A stretch of DNA of 63,624 nucleotides, filler included, from Pelomyxa schiedti (lineage: Eukaryota > Protista > Evosea), in NCBI GenBank assembly GCA_020536535.1. It is 11 parts of 11 records of this genome, joined end to end, with 100 filler letters (N's around TTAATTAATTAA, not from the genome) between each part and the next. Parts side by side here need not be neighbours in the genome. Positions count along the whole stretch, not along the records: positions 33,275 to 40,485 come from JAHLWZ010001369.1; positions 40,586 to 43,559 come from JAHLWZ010001845.1; positions 43,660 to 45,108 come from JAHLWZ010002497.1; positions 45,209 to 47,963 come from JAHLWZ010001900.1; positions 48,064 to 61,151 come from JAHLWZ010001199.1; 6 more parts are not named here. One strand, written 5' to 3'. A program made the translations under genes and the position numbers. Each line of letters starts with the position of its first letter. The stretch's first letter is position 1. The notes beneath the pieces are model-generated. The model ran no database searches. It was given only the letters and a program-made list of their open reading frames with translations, and had not been told where the DNA came from. Shown here in pieces: positions 38,427-51,129 of this stretch.

Positions 38427-39885
38427 GTGCACCTGGGTCCAATAACTGAACCTTCACCACCATCTGTGGGTGCTGCGAAAAAAAGAAAGAGACCGGAATG
38501 GGCCTGTTCCACGTGTGCGCACAGACGACGGCACCGCATTCGTGGTCGTGCTGCGAATGCGGTGCCGCCGCTGCCGCCATCACCCCCGGCGCCGCCTCGT
38601 CCGCCAGGGTGGCCAAGCGCAAGCTGGCGCCGAAGCAGCGCCAGCACTCCGCACCAACGTCGAGGCGCCGGACAAGATCGACGCACCCACCGAGACCACG
38701 CACCAGGTCGAGCGGAGCCTGGCCGAGCAGCTGCTGGCCTTCGCGTGCGCGGCGGCGCCCGAGGTGCGGGGCGCGCAGCGCTGCGGCTGTGGCGGCACGA
38801 CACCTGCGCAGGGTGATTGCCGTGTCCGACCTGTTCTTTGCTGTGTGTGTGTGTCACTGCCCCAAAGTTCCGTGTGTTCCACTTTGGCATTTCCCCGCTC
38901 ACTCTGGGTGTGTCCGTCGAGCCACGCGAGATCTCTGTCAAGCACATACAGTGCCGCAATGCTGCTTTTGCTGGCCAATCCAACATCTGCTTTGTAAAGA
39001 AGGAGCTTCTTGGTCACTTGTGCGCGCGGTTCTCGTTGGTCGACGTGATGACCGGAAGGAAGGAAATCCTGCTCCCAAGCACCCATTCTTACACTCGCTA
39101 CGCTGCCAATCACGCGTGGTGGGTGTGCTACGACTTTCAAGGGAAGGTGCTCCATGTGGCAAACTTGTTGGAGAGGAGATACGCGCGCTGCCCTTCAGGC
39201 GACATCGACGTTCCAGAGCACACAGGCGCATTCATGTACTTGAGCAAGATGAACAGAAATGAGGCGGTGCTTTGCGTGGAGCGCGGGGAATTGAGCGGCA
39301 AATTCTGCATCTTTGTGATCGACGTCGAGCAGAGCTTCCATCAGGGATCCTCCGTCATTGCCCGCCAAACGTGTTGTCAGATACCAGCAGGCCAAGCCTA
39401 TGGCTCCAGCTTCTTAATCTCCGGCCTCGGCTCCCCCTACGGGAATAGCAGACAGAGAAGAAGAAGCTGCACCAACGACAGCTTCATCATCTTGAGAACA
39501 AAGTACGCCGACCTCGTGACTGGAGGAGACCTGTTCCATGTAGTGGAAGCCAGAACCACCAGTTCACCAGAATGCAGGCAGCTGTCCAGTGATGTGACTG
39601 CGCTCGCGCAAGTTGACTGCCACCGCTTTTGCATCTCCAAGCAAGATAGATATGAGATATGGGGGTTCACTGTTGGAGGAGGAGCTGTGGAGGAACCAAC
39701 TGAAGGAAATCACGTGCTTCCTCCCTTTGGAGCCACTCACCACTGTGTTTGCAGAAGCCGGCTTCCTTTTCAAGGTCCACAGGGGGGACAACTCCATCGA
39801 AGTGAGATGCGCCGAGACCTGCTTTCCCGTCTGTTTTGTGACCTTAGACCACGCCTGGAAGCTCACCATCACCCAAGCGGTCTGA
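38427..39885 (+). pseudogene. Frameshifted member of the lineage-specific family, with RanBP2-like zinc finger
   Basis: Coherent motifs (WACSTC / WSCCECG; EQLLAFACAA / PRCGARSAA; FGISPLT; FAEAGFLF) lie in different frames. Confidence 0.65.
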
Positions 39886-40063
39886 TCACCACACCATCCC
39901 GCAGTGTGGTTCAGTGGTTGACCACCAACAGAGAACCTCTGCTGGTCAGAATCCACCATCCACCTTGGTCTTAATGAATGAATGGTTCATTCACACACCT
40001 GGTGGGATATCAAGGCTTTGATATTGGTTTGTTCCGCTTTGACTACAAAAACAAAAACCCACA

Positions 40064-40485
40064 ATGGGGGGAAAAAAGAAGTTAGGTAGCCCCGGCAAGA
40101 TCCGATGAAGGACCCCCTAGACTTACGCATTTTGCGTGTGTTGCTCAACCTCACGGCTGAACAAGCGCGCCCGAACCCTACCGTCCGTCCACTTTCGCTC
40201 TTTTTCTGGGCAAAAAGTTCGGCCTCCGTTGCAATTATGGGTTCCAAAAATAGAACTTTTCCGCAGTTTTCAACAACAACGTAGGGACTCGTAGTGGCAG
40301 CCACGCCGGACCTTCCACCTGGACTTTTACATACGTATGTGCCTCCCATCTGCCCTCCTACATGGGGGGAAAAAAAAGAAAAGAAAACAAAAAGTTCGGT
40401 AGCCCCGCAGGATTTCGATCCCCTAGACTTACGCATTTTGCGTGTGTTGTTCTGACGCGTTGAACGCCCGAACAAGCGCAACGCC
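40064..40485. repeat. Degenerate ~306-bp direct repeat with identical 30-bp core
   Basis: CCCCTAGACTTACGCATTTTGCGTGTGTTG at 40114-40143 and 40420-40449, plus shared flanks. Confidence 0.8.
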
Positions 40486-40829
40486 NNNNNNNNNNNNNNN
40501 NNNNNNNNNNNNNNNNNNNNNNNNNNNNNTTAATTAATTAANNNNNNNNNNNNNNNNNNNNNNNNNNNNNNNNNNNNNNNNNNNNGCACACGTTCACAGA
40601 TGCTGTGTCTGGAAACTTCTTGTTCAGCATCAGCTTGCCTCATGGAATACTCCCACAGTCCCTCGTTCCTCTCCCTTTCAGGAATCCCAAAGTTTTCACA
40701 TTTTGAATCAAATCAACAAAGATCTTTGTTGAAAAAAAAGAAACAACAAGTTGGATTTTTTTATTCCTATTCACAATTGTTCCCAGTGAATGCAAAGATG
40801 CCGGGCACTGTTTAATTGATTGATGTAAC

Positions 40830-41873
40830 TCATAGGTCATCATCATCAGTAGGCTCAGGAAGGGGTACAGCGTTGATGAGGTTGAGCTGCCTCTTGTATT
40901 CCCTGATAGTGTCCATGTCCAGGTGCACATCGGCTGGCCGGAGTGCTGTTTCAGCCACAAACCTCAGCTCGGGGTTTCTGTTAGTGAATGTCAGATTGTG
41001 CCGTGGTATTATGTTCTTAGTTAGATGCGGTTTTGGGGTAATGGGAAGCGGAGGGGAAAAAAGGATAAGGGAAATATACCCAATGAGTTTGCGGGCCAGC
41101 CATAGGAATGGTTTTTCAAAGTGATAGTTGGACTTGGCGCTGATGTCATAGTACTGCATGTTCTTCTTGCGGTGGAAGTTGATCTGTTTGGGTCGAACTT
41201 TCCGGTCTTTGACATCCACTTTATTCCCACATAGGACAATTGGTATTCCGCCACCTATTATTATTCCATATGTTATTTAAGTTATGGGTACTTCAAAGTG
41301 AATGCATACAAACTCTGACCAAGTCCTTGTGCCAGTTGGGAACATTTTTATATGTGTTGTGGCTAGTCACATCAAACATCACAATTGCGCAGCTCCCTTG
41401 AATGTAGTAGCCATCCCGAAGTCCACCAAACTAAATGAAGTGAGAAGCTGTTTCAGATTCTAGAATAAAAATAAAAAACCTTTTCTTGGCCTGCAGTGTC
41501 CCATACATTGAACCGAATTGGTCCACAGTTTGTTGCAAAAACCAGTGGGTGAACTTCGACTCCGAGAGTTGCTGTAATGCTAGTTAGAAAACAACCATTT
41601 GAAAATTATTACACTCACGAATATATTTTTTCTCAAACTCTCCACTCAGATGACGCTTCACAAAGGCTGGAAATGTAATGAGAAGGGTAAAAAAAGAAAT
41701 AAAATGTACGAGTTATTAGCAGTTAGCGGTTAGAAAATGAATACAAACGAATAATTTGGCATACTTGTTTTCCCAGTACCACCATCACCTACAACAAGGC
41801 ACTTGAATGTGGGCATTGTTGTTGGTACTGTAACCAGTGTTGATGACTCTTGTTGTTGAATAAATGTTGTCAT
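40830..41873 (-). CDS. RAN: GTP-binding nuclear protein Ran
   Basis: [45 protein letters not shown], acidic tail DDDDL. Confidence 0.97.
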
Positions 41874-42080
41874 TGTCTCAACAAATTTTGTTTGGGCTGT
41901 TGGTTTTTTGCTGTGTATCGTATTGTTGTTGTTCTTTGTTGTTGTGTTTTGGTGTGAGTATTAAATAGACAAGGCAGAAGTTCCCGTGCCATTTTTTCCC
42001 TTCACTTCCTGGTGAAGTTCCTTCATCACGCCTTTTTTTCTTTCAGGTAAAATTTCAATTGATAAAAACAAAAAAGAAAA

Positions 42081-42152
42081 TTCCGATGCCGGGAATCGAA
42101 CCCGGGGCCACTGAGTGAAAGTCAGAGATGTTGCCAACTACACCACATCGGA
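42081..42152 (-). tRNA. tRNA-Glu (TTC)
   Basis: TCCGATG/CATCGGA acceptor stem, CTGA-CTTTCAC-TCAG anticodon arm, GTTCGATTC T-loop, downstream T-run. Confidence 0.96.
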
Positions 42153-42205
42153 TTTCACATATTCACTTCTCCTGTACACAATAAATACACTCTGTAATGT
42201 GTCGG

Positions 42206-43364
42206 TCAACTTAATCCTTCTTGTGTGGGCACCAGAGTCACAGGGCTATTGGCGTAGCACAGAGCGCAGGCATGATACCAAAAGATATGTTTGCCTTGTG
42301 GTGACACTCTTTTGAGAAAACAAATTGAGTGAATAAAGAGCAAAATGTGTAAATACAAACCTTGGGAGAGTCACTGGTTGGGAAAGGGATCCATTTCCAA
42401 CAAAAGCTTCAAGGGTTCCGGCAACCAAATCCACTTCAATTGTGAAATCCTTTGTTTCCTTTTTCCCAGGATAGTTTCTGGGAGCTGGTGTGAATAAATC
42501 TAACACGACACTGTGATTCCAAAGTATTGCTCCGTCCGAGCAACGGAGTATCACTGAATATTTACATTCCGGAGGCCTGGAATGGAAATAACCGTTGAAA
42601 CTGAAAGAGGTCACATCGATTTCAGATGTGTATCCCAGGATTCCAACAATAAATCCGTGTTTTTTGTCCATTCTTTTGTAACACCTGTGAACTGCGATTG
42701 GGGATATTCAAACTGCAGTGGTGATGTTTGAGAGGGAACTGACCTGGTTGTGGCACTCTTCTTCCACTGTGGCTTCTGCTTTGGATTGAACTCCACCGCA
42801 CTCGGGTGCCCACTGACTCCCCACCCCCACTTTCCCGCACTAACGTCGATTTCATCGCTTCTGAGGAGTGACAAATCCGCACCAGAGCCATCAGGCAGAC
42901 AAAAACTGTCACTTGTGAGAATCCACCTGTAGCGGCCGTCGTCCGCAACTCTGGTCGCAGTCAGTCCATCATCACTCAACCTATAATCTCCATTCTTCCT
43001 GAACTGAATTACAAATATCAGCACCAAAACCAAGCCGAATCCAATGTAAGTAAAAATCACAGAAACACAATAAAAAAAACAGCATACATACACCAAAGAA
43101 AGGCGGCTTCGTCAACAAACAAATGGATACAGTGAGGGTCAACGGGAGGTCTTCTATCCCACAATCGCAACGGCGGTCGCAGCTCGTCAACGGACGTGGT
43201 GCCACCCTGGTTGTCGTGCAACCAAAAATAACGGCGACACACACCCTCCTCCAGCATTCTCTGTTCCACAAAACACCGGTGGTGCCCACCGTCCCATCAT
43301 TGTTCGTTCGGCAGATTTCGTACGCACCAACCGCCCGTTTCAACGCCTCCCACACCCCATCCAT
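42206..43364 (-). CDS. Hypothetical protein with F-box-like and SPRY-like segments
   Basis: IEDLPLTLTVSI; YRLSDDGLTAT; IEVDLVAGTLEAFVG; WYHACAL...VTL. Confidence 0.55.
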
Positions 43365-43866
43365 AAAAAAAATCGAATCTGCTTCCTAGTAAAATCAAAA
43401 TTCAAAAGCACACAGCAAGAGTCGCCAGGGTGATTCCCGTGGTGCCATCCGTGACCACGATCACTTTCTGGTGCACTCTTTGTGGTGCACGCAATTGGTG
43501 CCACACAACAACGCCAGCGTGGGAGGGAACATCCATGAGTTCCATGTGAGGAAAGTGGCNNNNNNNNNNNNNNNNNNNNNNNNNNNNNNNNNNNNNNNNN
43601 NNNTTAATTAATTAANNNNNNNNNNNNNNNNNNNNNNNNNNNNNNNNNNNNNNNNNNNNCTTTTCTTTTTTTTTTTTTTTTTTGTGGCAAACTGTGCCAC
43701 ACAAACACTGTGGTTTTTACTTTTAAAAAGTTGCAACCTGCTTCTTCTTTCTATGAGCCTCGGATTTACGGTATTACTAGAAGGAGTTTAATCGTCACTC
43801 ACCTGGAGACTGGTTACAGGTGGGGAGTCGAAGGGGACTGCTGAAGTCCGCTGTGGGAAAATTGCC

Positions 43867-44771
43867 TTATGGAATGCCACTGAATATTCTTGCACTGGTC
43901 AAAGCATCTCTGAATGTGGTTCTTATTGTTAGCCTGGTCACACTTGGTAAGCTGCTCGTTGTGGCCTCACTTCGGCGAACAGGGGTCCTTTTGGAAGCTA
44001 TCTGTGCTGTTGCAGTTGAGCTGGACACCAACAGACCACAACCAGCAACAACATACTGCTGCGTTCTTTGTGGGTGCTGGTTTGTTATGCACGGAGCAAG
44101 CTGAGGATGTGCCTGGTCAATAAGCCGCTTCTTTTGAGTTGAAGGAGTGGTGGCGGCGATTCGCCTCAGTGAAAAAACGGAGGCGGAGGAGTGGTCACTG
44201 GTGGTGTCGTGCACACGTGCGATTCGTTAACAGCCTTCACCTCCAGTCCTGCGTCATCATCCAACCATGCTGTGGCGATTCCAGTGGCCAAATCCAGGAG
44301 CCTTTCTGTGCGCCCCACTTGTTGGCGGAACTGAAATGAAGTACTACTTGCCGTTCACTGAAACACAAGCAACAGGGAAGCAGGCAGGGTTCCGTGAGGT
44401 ATTCCTGCGGTCAAATTGCAACGAGACACAAAGCAAACTGGGTCCGTGATATTGAGTTCCTTCCACACACTGTTCAGATGTGGGAATGGGAGCAAAGCCC
44501 TGACCTTCACCGTGACTCCAGCAGTAATGGTCTTCTCCAGATCAACAAACGAAATGAGAGAGAGAGAGAGAGATGCCGGTGGTTCGCAGGCAGCATGCTC
44601 CCACAAAAACCACTTGATCACAACAAGGCCCATCAAATGGACAGAACCTTGGGCAAGCCCACCAAGTGGAACTGTGCGTTTCGCAGCGACACAGGCACGC
44701 CGTCCCCCGTCCTCCAACGACGAGGCTTTCCACTGTGCCCGCACTACGGACACACTAACTTTTGGAGGCAA
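43867..44771 (-). CDS. Hypothetical, possibly arrestin-N-like; may be degraded
   Basis: PLGGLAQGSVHL start; ORFs not cleanly joinable. Confidence 0.3.
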
Positions 44772-46003
44772 AAGTTTTTCACAACGAAATTTTTTTTATT
44801 GTTGTGGTTCAGAACTGGGTGGGTTGGGGTAACCCATGAGCAGTTATGACGTGATCACTCATCTTCTTCTCATATCTGGATCAATGGGCGGTGATTTTTT
44901 TTCCCGATCAAGTTCCTGTAAACGGCTCTGCCCCGTTTTTTTGGGCGGTGATCCAGTCAAAAAGCTGTGAAAAATCACTGCCCCGGGCGGTGATAAGTGG
45001 TTTGCACCTAGCTGTTATTCCTCACTGCAAAAGGCCTGGTCTTGCTTATTTGTCCCAGACAAACACGATGGGGTTCTTTGATCCCTTTGTTACTGTGTAT
45101 AATAGTGANNNNNNNNNNNNNNNNNNNNNNNNNNNNNNNNNNNNNNNNNNNNTTAATTAATTAANNNNNNNNNNNNNNNNNNNNNNNNNNNNNNNNNNNN
45201 NNNNNNNNCATCACAAGGTTGGTTTTTTTCCAAAAATCCTTCTTTCCTTGTGTTGTTGGAAACACTTGTTTTAAGGCCCAGGTGAAACCTCTTTTTCTTG
45301 TTCTTATCCTCTTGTCTATTATTATGTAGATATGTCCTTTGGCATGGTGCCAAAACTGACGCCTTCACACAAAGGCATACATTAAAACAAGTGCCACGTA
45401 ACACTATTGCACGTTGCTGTTGCAACTTGCTGCCACCAGTACCACACTATGAAGAACACCAGTGGCCACCTTGCTTTTAACACAACTGTTTGTTTTGAAC
45501 ACCAAGGTTTTCCACAAAAAATGACACTCAACTGAACAAAAATAGCAAGGATTTTTATAACTTGATTTTCACCAGTGGCAGCCGAGGAGTCAGATAGGAG
45601 GTGCAAGGAGATTCTCGGGCAGACACTGACAGTGGAGAGCAGTGAGTCAGAGATGCAGCAGTGCTCCAAGGAACATCTCGTCATTGATGAAGAATCGTGA
45701 AAATATGAAAAAGAAGAATGTGCAAGGAAACTCAAGGCAGTTTGCCCCTCTGATTGATGATGCATCAATCACATCAACTTAAAAGTTCTACACGAATTTT
45801 TTCAGAGAAGAGCTCACGTCGCCACTCCAAGTGCGAGCCCAATTGGTTACAAACTCCTGTGGCTTCCAGTCCCCTCTGTTTTGCCACAGCTTATTATTCA
45901 GCCAAGTTATAATAGCTATAAAAGCTTTAGGTCGTGGATTGCTGGTTGTTTGTGCTTTTACCTGTGGCTTTCAAAAGTCCCAAGGCTGCCCCAATTTCTA
46001 ACA

Positions 46004-46912
46004 TTAAATTAATAAGGGGTATCCCAAACCAGCAATCTGAAGGAACTCCGGCCATACTCGGTTGCTGTCCTCAACGTGTGATGGCATGAGGAAGTTGTCA
46101 AGTATTGGTACAATATTCACGTCTAAAAAAAAAGTAAATTCAATGCCTCGTTGGCAAAATGGAACCTGTTATCGAAATCCACTCCAAGAGTTGTATGGGT
46201 TTTGGTTCGCAATATTGCCGGAAATCAGAGGGATACACACACTCAGTGGTTGTAATAGCATAGAAAAACCGGGTTGAGTAAACCTCAGTCGGTTCGACCG
46301 TGACATTCGGTTTCCAGACCAATTCCGCTCGTGTGAACCTAAAACAGGAGAATCAATGACAAGAGATATGTAGTAATGAGAATACAACATGTAATATTCA
46401 GTTCCAGGGATCCCCGCCATTGCTCCACAGTCTTTTAATGTTAGGAACAGGTTCGGAAATAGAAAATTACCTGGAGGAGGACAGATAAAAGTTAAAGCAG
46501 AGTTTGGTATATGACACTCCTCTCCGTGGGCACAGAATTGAGAAATCCTGCAGAATATGTTACTTTTCTTACTTCAGAGAGCCAAAGTATTTCGAACCTG
46601 TTGTCCCTGGTAGCGTTGAAAATTGTAACAACTGAAAAGTTCACCTCCAGGTACTTGGAAATGAAGTCATTCTCGGCAGCCACAGCAATTCTTGGATACC
46701 AAGCTGTATTGCTGGTATTGTAAACAGCAGTAATCGGCGCAGTGGCCTATTCTTTGTGGATACGAAAAGGGCACTAGGCATTTTCAAGGCCTACTTCTAC
46801 AACAATCACTTCGCCAACTTGGGACCAATTGATGATAGAAACAATCGCTAGAGAAAAGACCAGAATGGCAAGAAGAATAAAAAGAAGCCCAAAAAAAGGG
46901 TATGGGCGCCAT
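46004..46912 (-). CDS. Hypothetical protein with N-terminal membrane anchor, multi-exon
   Basis: MAPIPFFGLLFILLAILVFSLAIVSII followed by several exons. Confidence 0.5.
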
Positions 46913-48063
46913 CTGTCGCCTTAGTTAGAACCCAAGGAAAGGAGAAACAAAAAAAAAAATAGAGGAAACATTACGGCCACTCAGGTGGAGGAACAGGAGA
47001 AGGTGCAGCTCTTGGAGGTGGCAGTGGCAATGGCAATGGCAGGCTGACTGGAGAGAAGGATACAGTTGCATGTATTGTTGGGTCATTCACAGCCGACGCG
47101 GTTGTAGTGGCAGTGGCAGTGGCAGTGGCAGGGGCCGGGCACAGAACGGAGTCCTCACTATCACAGTCTTCATCCACACCGTCGTCCGGTCCCGTAGACA
47201 TGGGGAACGTGAATAGGATCCTATTCTCTGAAAAGGTTCTCAGTGACCGGCCTTGTTGGTTTGCGGTGGAGCGTTGAAGCCGAGATGAGCGAAGTGGGAA
47301 GGGAATCCCCTGCCTCTGTTACCTGGTAACAGTGAAGGTCGGAGTTGCCGTACAACTCTGAGGGCACTCGTTCAACGTGTCATTCAGAAACGGTGTGCTT
47401 CTTTTTTGTTTTGTTTTGTTTTTTTTTTACAAATCTTTTAGGTGGGAAATGTTATCTTTTTCAACTGGTGTAGCATGTGACCTTCTTATTTTCCTGCCGT
47501 TTTGTTGTTTACCTGTGTGGGCTTTTGTGCACCTTGTGAATGACACGTTGTTGGTTTGGTTTATGTTTTCGTATTGTTTCCCTGACACTAAATTAGCTTA
47601 TTGTGTGTTCTGGCTTTCTTTTCGTGTCTCTTTGTGCCTTTGGTTATGCTATACTATATTCTTTGCAGTGTTTTACAACACCATCAGGGGAACAATCCAA
47701 ACTTGGTGGGATGCTTTTTGCGTGTGTGGGTATAAGTAGGTGTGAAACACTATTTCTTTCCGTAATCGCTTTGTAGTTCTGTGCATATTTACTGCACTGG
47801 GACCATTGTATGCACGCCGTTTTCAGTTACATTAGTTTGAACATTTTAGCTCTCTGGGATTCTCTAACAACTATGGTTCCACTATTTGGAATATGACACT
47901 GATATGCACAGTTTATGGTGCTGTGCTGCTTGCATACTTTGCCATCATATTTTCCTGCCCACTNNNNNNNNNNNNNNNNNNNNNNNNNNNNNNNNNNNNN
48001 NNNNNNNTTAATTAATTAANNNNNNNNNNNNNNNNNNNNNNNNNNNNNNNNNNNNNNNNNNNN

Positions 48064-48266
48064 AGGCGCCCAAGAGGAGCAAGAAGATGGACCACGCGCA
48101 CATGCCGGTGTGGTCGTGCTGCGGCCGGCTGTCGCTGTCCCCGGGCTGCGTGTCGCCCGCCCTCGGGGACGAGGTCTACTCCGCCGTGCTCAACGACTGG
48201 TTCTCGCAGTACGGCGACATCATCGACGACATTTGCACTCAGCACAAGAAGCTTATGATGCTGTAG
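48064..48266 (+). CDS. C-terminal fragment with WSCC...PGC (BTK-motif-like) segment
   Basis: HAHMPVWSCCGRLSLSPGCV...KKLMML*; GC-rich codon usage. Confidence 0.45.
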
Positions 48267-48599
48267 AGATGTAGAGTAGTAGTAGTAGTAGTACTAGTAC
48301 TACTCTTTGGTGCAGTGAGAGTGGAATTGAGGCGTTCTGTTAAAATCCTGTTGTTCTTCCAAGCGAACATTTTTAGGAGACTGACTTTTAAGTAAAAGGC
48401 CTTTGTTCCCTGCTTTGTGAGTGCACTTTGCGGAAAATCACAGAAATGGAAAAAAAAATTTCCAGCAGAATACGGCTTCACGCCACGTTCGCATCATGGC
48501 ATTTTAATCGACCTAATGGCAAAACGCCGTTTTGTGAAGTCAAACAAAAAAAAACATTTTGAACAAAGCAGGTGTCTCATTAGATACTAGTGCCATCAA

Positions 48600-49186
48600 A
48601 TGGGCTGTGGAGCAACTGTACCCATGTCGTCGCATTCAGTTCCAACTCGTTCTGTTGGTAATTAATTTTTTTTTTTTCCCTTTGTTTCTCTATCCGCGTG
48701 ACTGTTCAACTCATCCCTGTATGCACACTTAGTTGCAAGAGGAAGTACAAGTTCCAAGATGACTGCCGCACAAGTCAAAAGAGCAACACAGCTCCACATC
48801 GAGTGGCTCACAAAGACAAAAAAAGCCATTCAAACCGCCGAATCCCCAACAGGTTGGCATTTTTCCCACGTTTTTTTCGTTTTTTCTTCCTTACCTTGTG
48901 GTAACTTTCTTTTTTTTCAGCAGAGTGGGACGAACTGAGGAAGATGGTGTCCAATCCCAAGGCATGCGAATTTGGCAAGTGGTTGTACCTCAACCACACC
49001 ACGTGGACCACAGACACGCCGTCCTGGAACCAGGTGCATGACATACACTGCAAGTTCCATTCCGGGGTTGTCAAAGTGCTGGACGTTGCCTGCGGTGACA
49101 CATCGAGGGCTGTGTCGCTGCTATCTGTGGGCGACATTGCGGACATATCCAATGAGCTTATCCAGACTGTGAAGTGCTTGGCATAG
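48600..49186 (+). CDS. Stand-alone CZB (chemoreceptor zinc-binding) domain protein with MGC lipidation motif; exons 48600-48657, 48733-48852, 48921-49186 (147 aa)
   Basis: GT-AG splicing yields MGCGAT...LHIEWL...SNPKACEFGKWLY...VHDIHCKFHSGV, matching the CZB HxxW, CxFGxW and HxxxH motifs. Confidence 0.85.
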
Positions 49187-49386
49187 AGAAGAGCTATTGC
49201 TACTCCACGCTCATGGTGCTCGGAATGGAGAGAGGAATGGAATTTATGTATGTGTAGATAAAGGCGTGGTGGAAGAATACAATTTTGTGCGGCAAGAGAA
49301 AGGAAAAAGGCCTAGCCAACATCTAAATAAAAAATATATTCTATTGTTGAATTCATCCATTTTGTTGTGCTTGAGAATGTACTTGT

Positions 49387-50863
49387 TCAAGGAACCCATT
49401 GGAGAATCGATCCTGATAGGTCCGATTCTGCCTCTGCAGAGGCCCATACGTGGGAGGAATCATACCCATCCACATTCGTAACAATTTGCTGTAAAGTATG
49501 AGTGATGAAATGGTAAGAGGAAACACATACTCCACGAATTTCAAAGCTTGCCCATGCTGCTCCTCCATCAGTTGTGTGTATGAGTTGGCTGCGGTAAAAG
49601 AGTCCATCCTCATAGCCACCTGTGAAACTTTGAGAATTTCATCTACAACATAGAAAGTGCTTACCAACTACCCAGCCTTCAGTCTTTGAAATCATGTACA
49701 TTTTTTTCATGGTTACATCAGGGAGAGTTGCTTGGGTCGCCCAGCTGAGGCCACCATCAATTGTGGCTACGATGAGGCCATGCGCAGCTTGCTCGCCTGC
49801 TGAAATACTGTGAATACAACTCAAACAAAAAAAAAAATCGTTCAGAAACCTTTGGGAACATTTAGAATTGCCCAACCATGCATCGTATCAGTAAAGTAAA
49901 CATCAACAAAATATCCACTGGAAGAAAGAATTAGAGCAGAAATTCGCTGGTAAAACGCATACCCTTCTGTTACATTATATAAGACATCCCAGTCTCGCCC
50001 GCCACTGGTCGTTTTCGCAACAAGTGCTTGGGTCTTAGTGATGTCAGATGATTGGACTCCTCCCACTACCCATCCAACAAGGGAAGAAATGAATGAAGCC
50101 GAGTGTGCTGTAACACCATCAAGTTCCAAAGCATGATTTGTCCACGAAAGACCAGCATCACTGTATCAGTGTTTGCATGTGACATCAAAGGATAGGACGA
50201 TAGAATACGTGGTAACACCGATTCCAGAGCCGCTTCTGAGCAGGGTGTACCATTCGCCAGCACGGACAAAGTATCCAGTGCTACCAATTATGGGTTTTAC
50301 ATCAAACCAGTCTACACGAGGGTAACTATGTCCAGGTTAGATGCACGTTACTTTCTTTATCGAAGCCAACCTCTCGTCAGCAAGGGACCATGTCCCGCCA
50401 CAGTCCTTGCTATACACGCATCCCACAATGCTGTCCTCATGTCAAAAAATAATAGGGAAGAGTTTTTTTTTTTTTTTAAAAAAATTAACAAATTACAAAG
50501 TAACAACAGCAAAACCGGCCAAAATCCACAACAAGACGAAAGGGAAAAAAGAAGAAAAGAGTGACAAAATACACACTTGTCACCGTCGCCGGGCCCGCAA
50601 AGAACAACATCGGAACCGGACATGGCAGAATCCACGAATCGAGTGACTGGCATGGTATCGAATACAATCTGGGTCCAGTTCTTGCCTGATGTGGACGTGG
50701 CCCATAATTCCTCCTCGCCGGCGCTCCAGCCCGCTGTCCCCGCGCTCGGCTGGCAGAACGCCGCCGTTAGCGAGTAGTGACCCACTTCGGATCCCACAAT
50801 CCAGTCCGAGCCGACGCTGGCCCCCAACAAGCACGCCACGACTCCGACCCAAGCCAGAAACAT
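49387..50863 (-). CDS. Secreted BNR/Asp-box beta-propeller (Ycf48-like) protein
   Basis: Signal peptide; TSTSGKNW, KTTSGGRDW, ATIDGGLSW; FTDTMHGWA. Confidence 0.8.
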
Positions 50864-51129
50864 CACTCTTTTTTTATTTTGTTTCTAACTATTGTGATCG
50901 AGATGTAGATGGAGATGTTCTCCTAGCTGCCATTCAGGTTCTGATTTGAGCAGAATGGCACTCCTCTTCAAAGCTTCTACTGTATACAAATGAAGTGAGA
51001 TTCATCACCAACGGAAGCTGGTGTTGATGACTTGAGAAAGGAGCAGGAACATCAACTTCAAAACAACGGCATGCCGGCTTTCAACGAAGCCAGATTCTGT
51101 TTTTTCTTTCAAAAATCAAAAGTCTTTTG

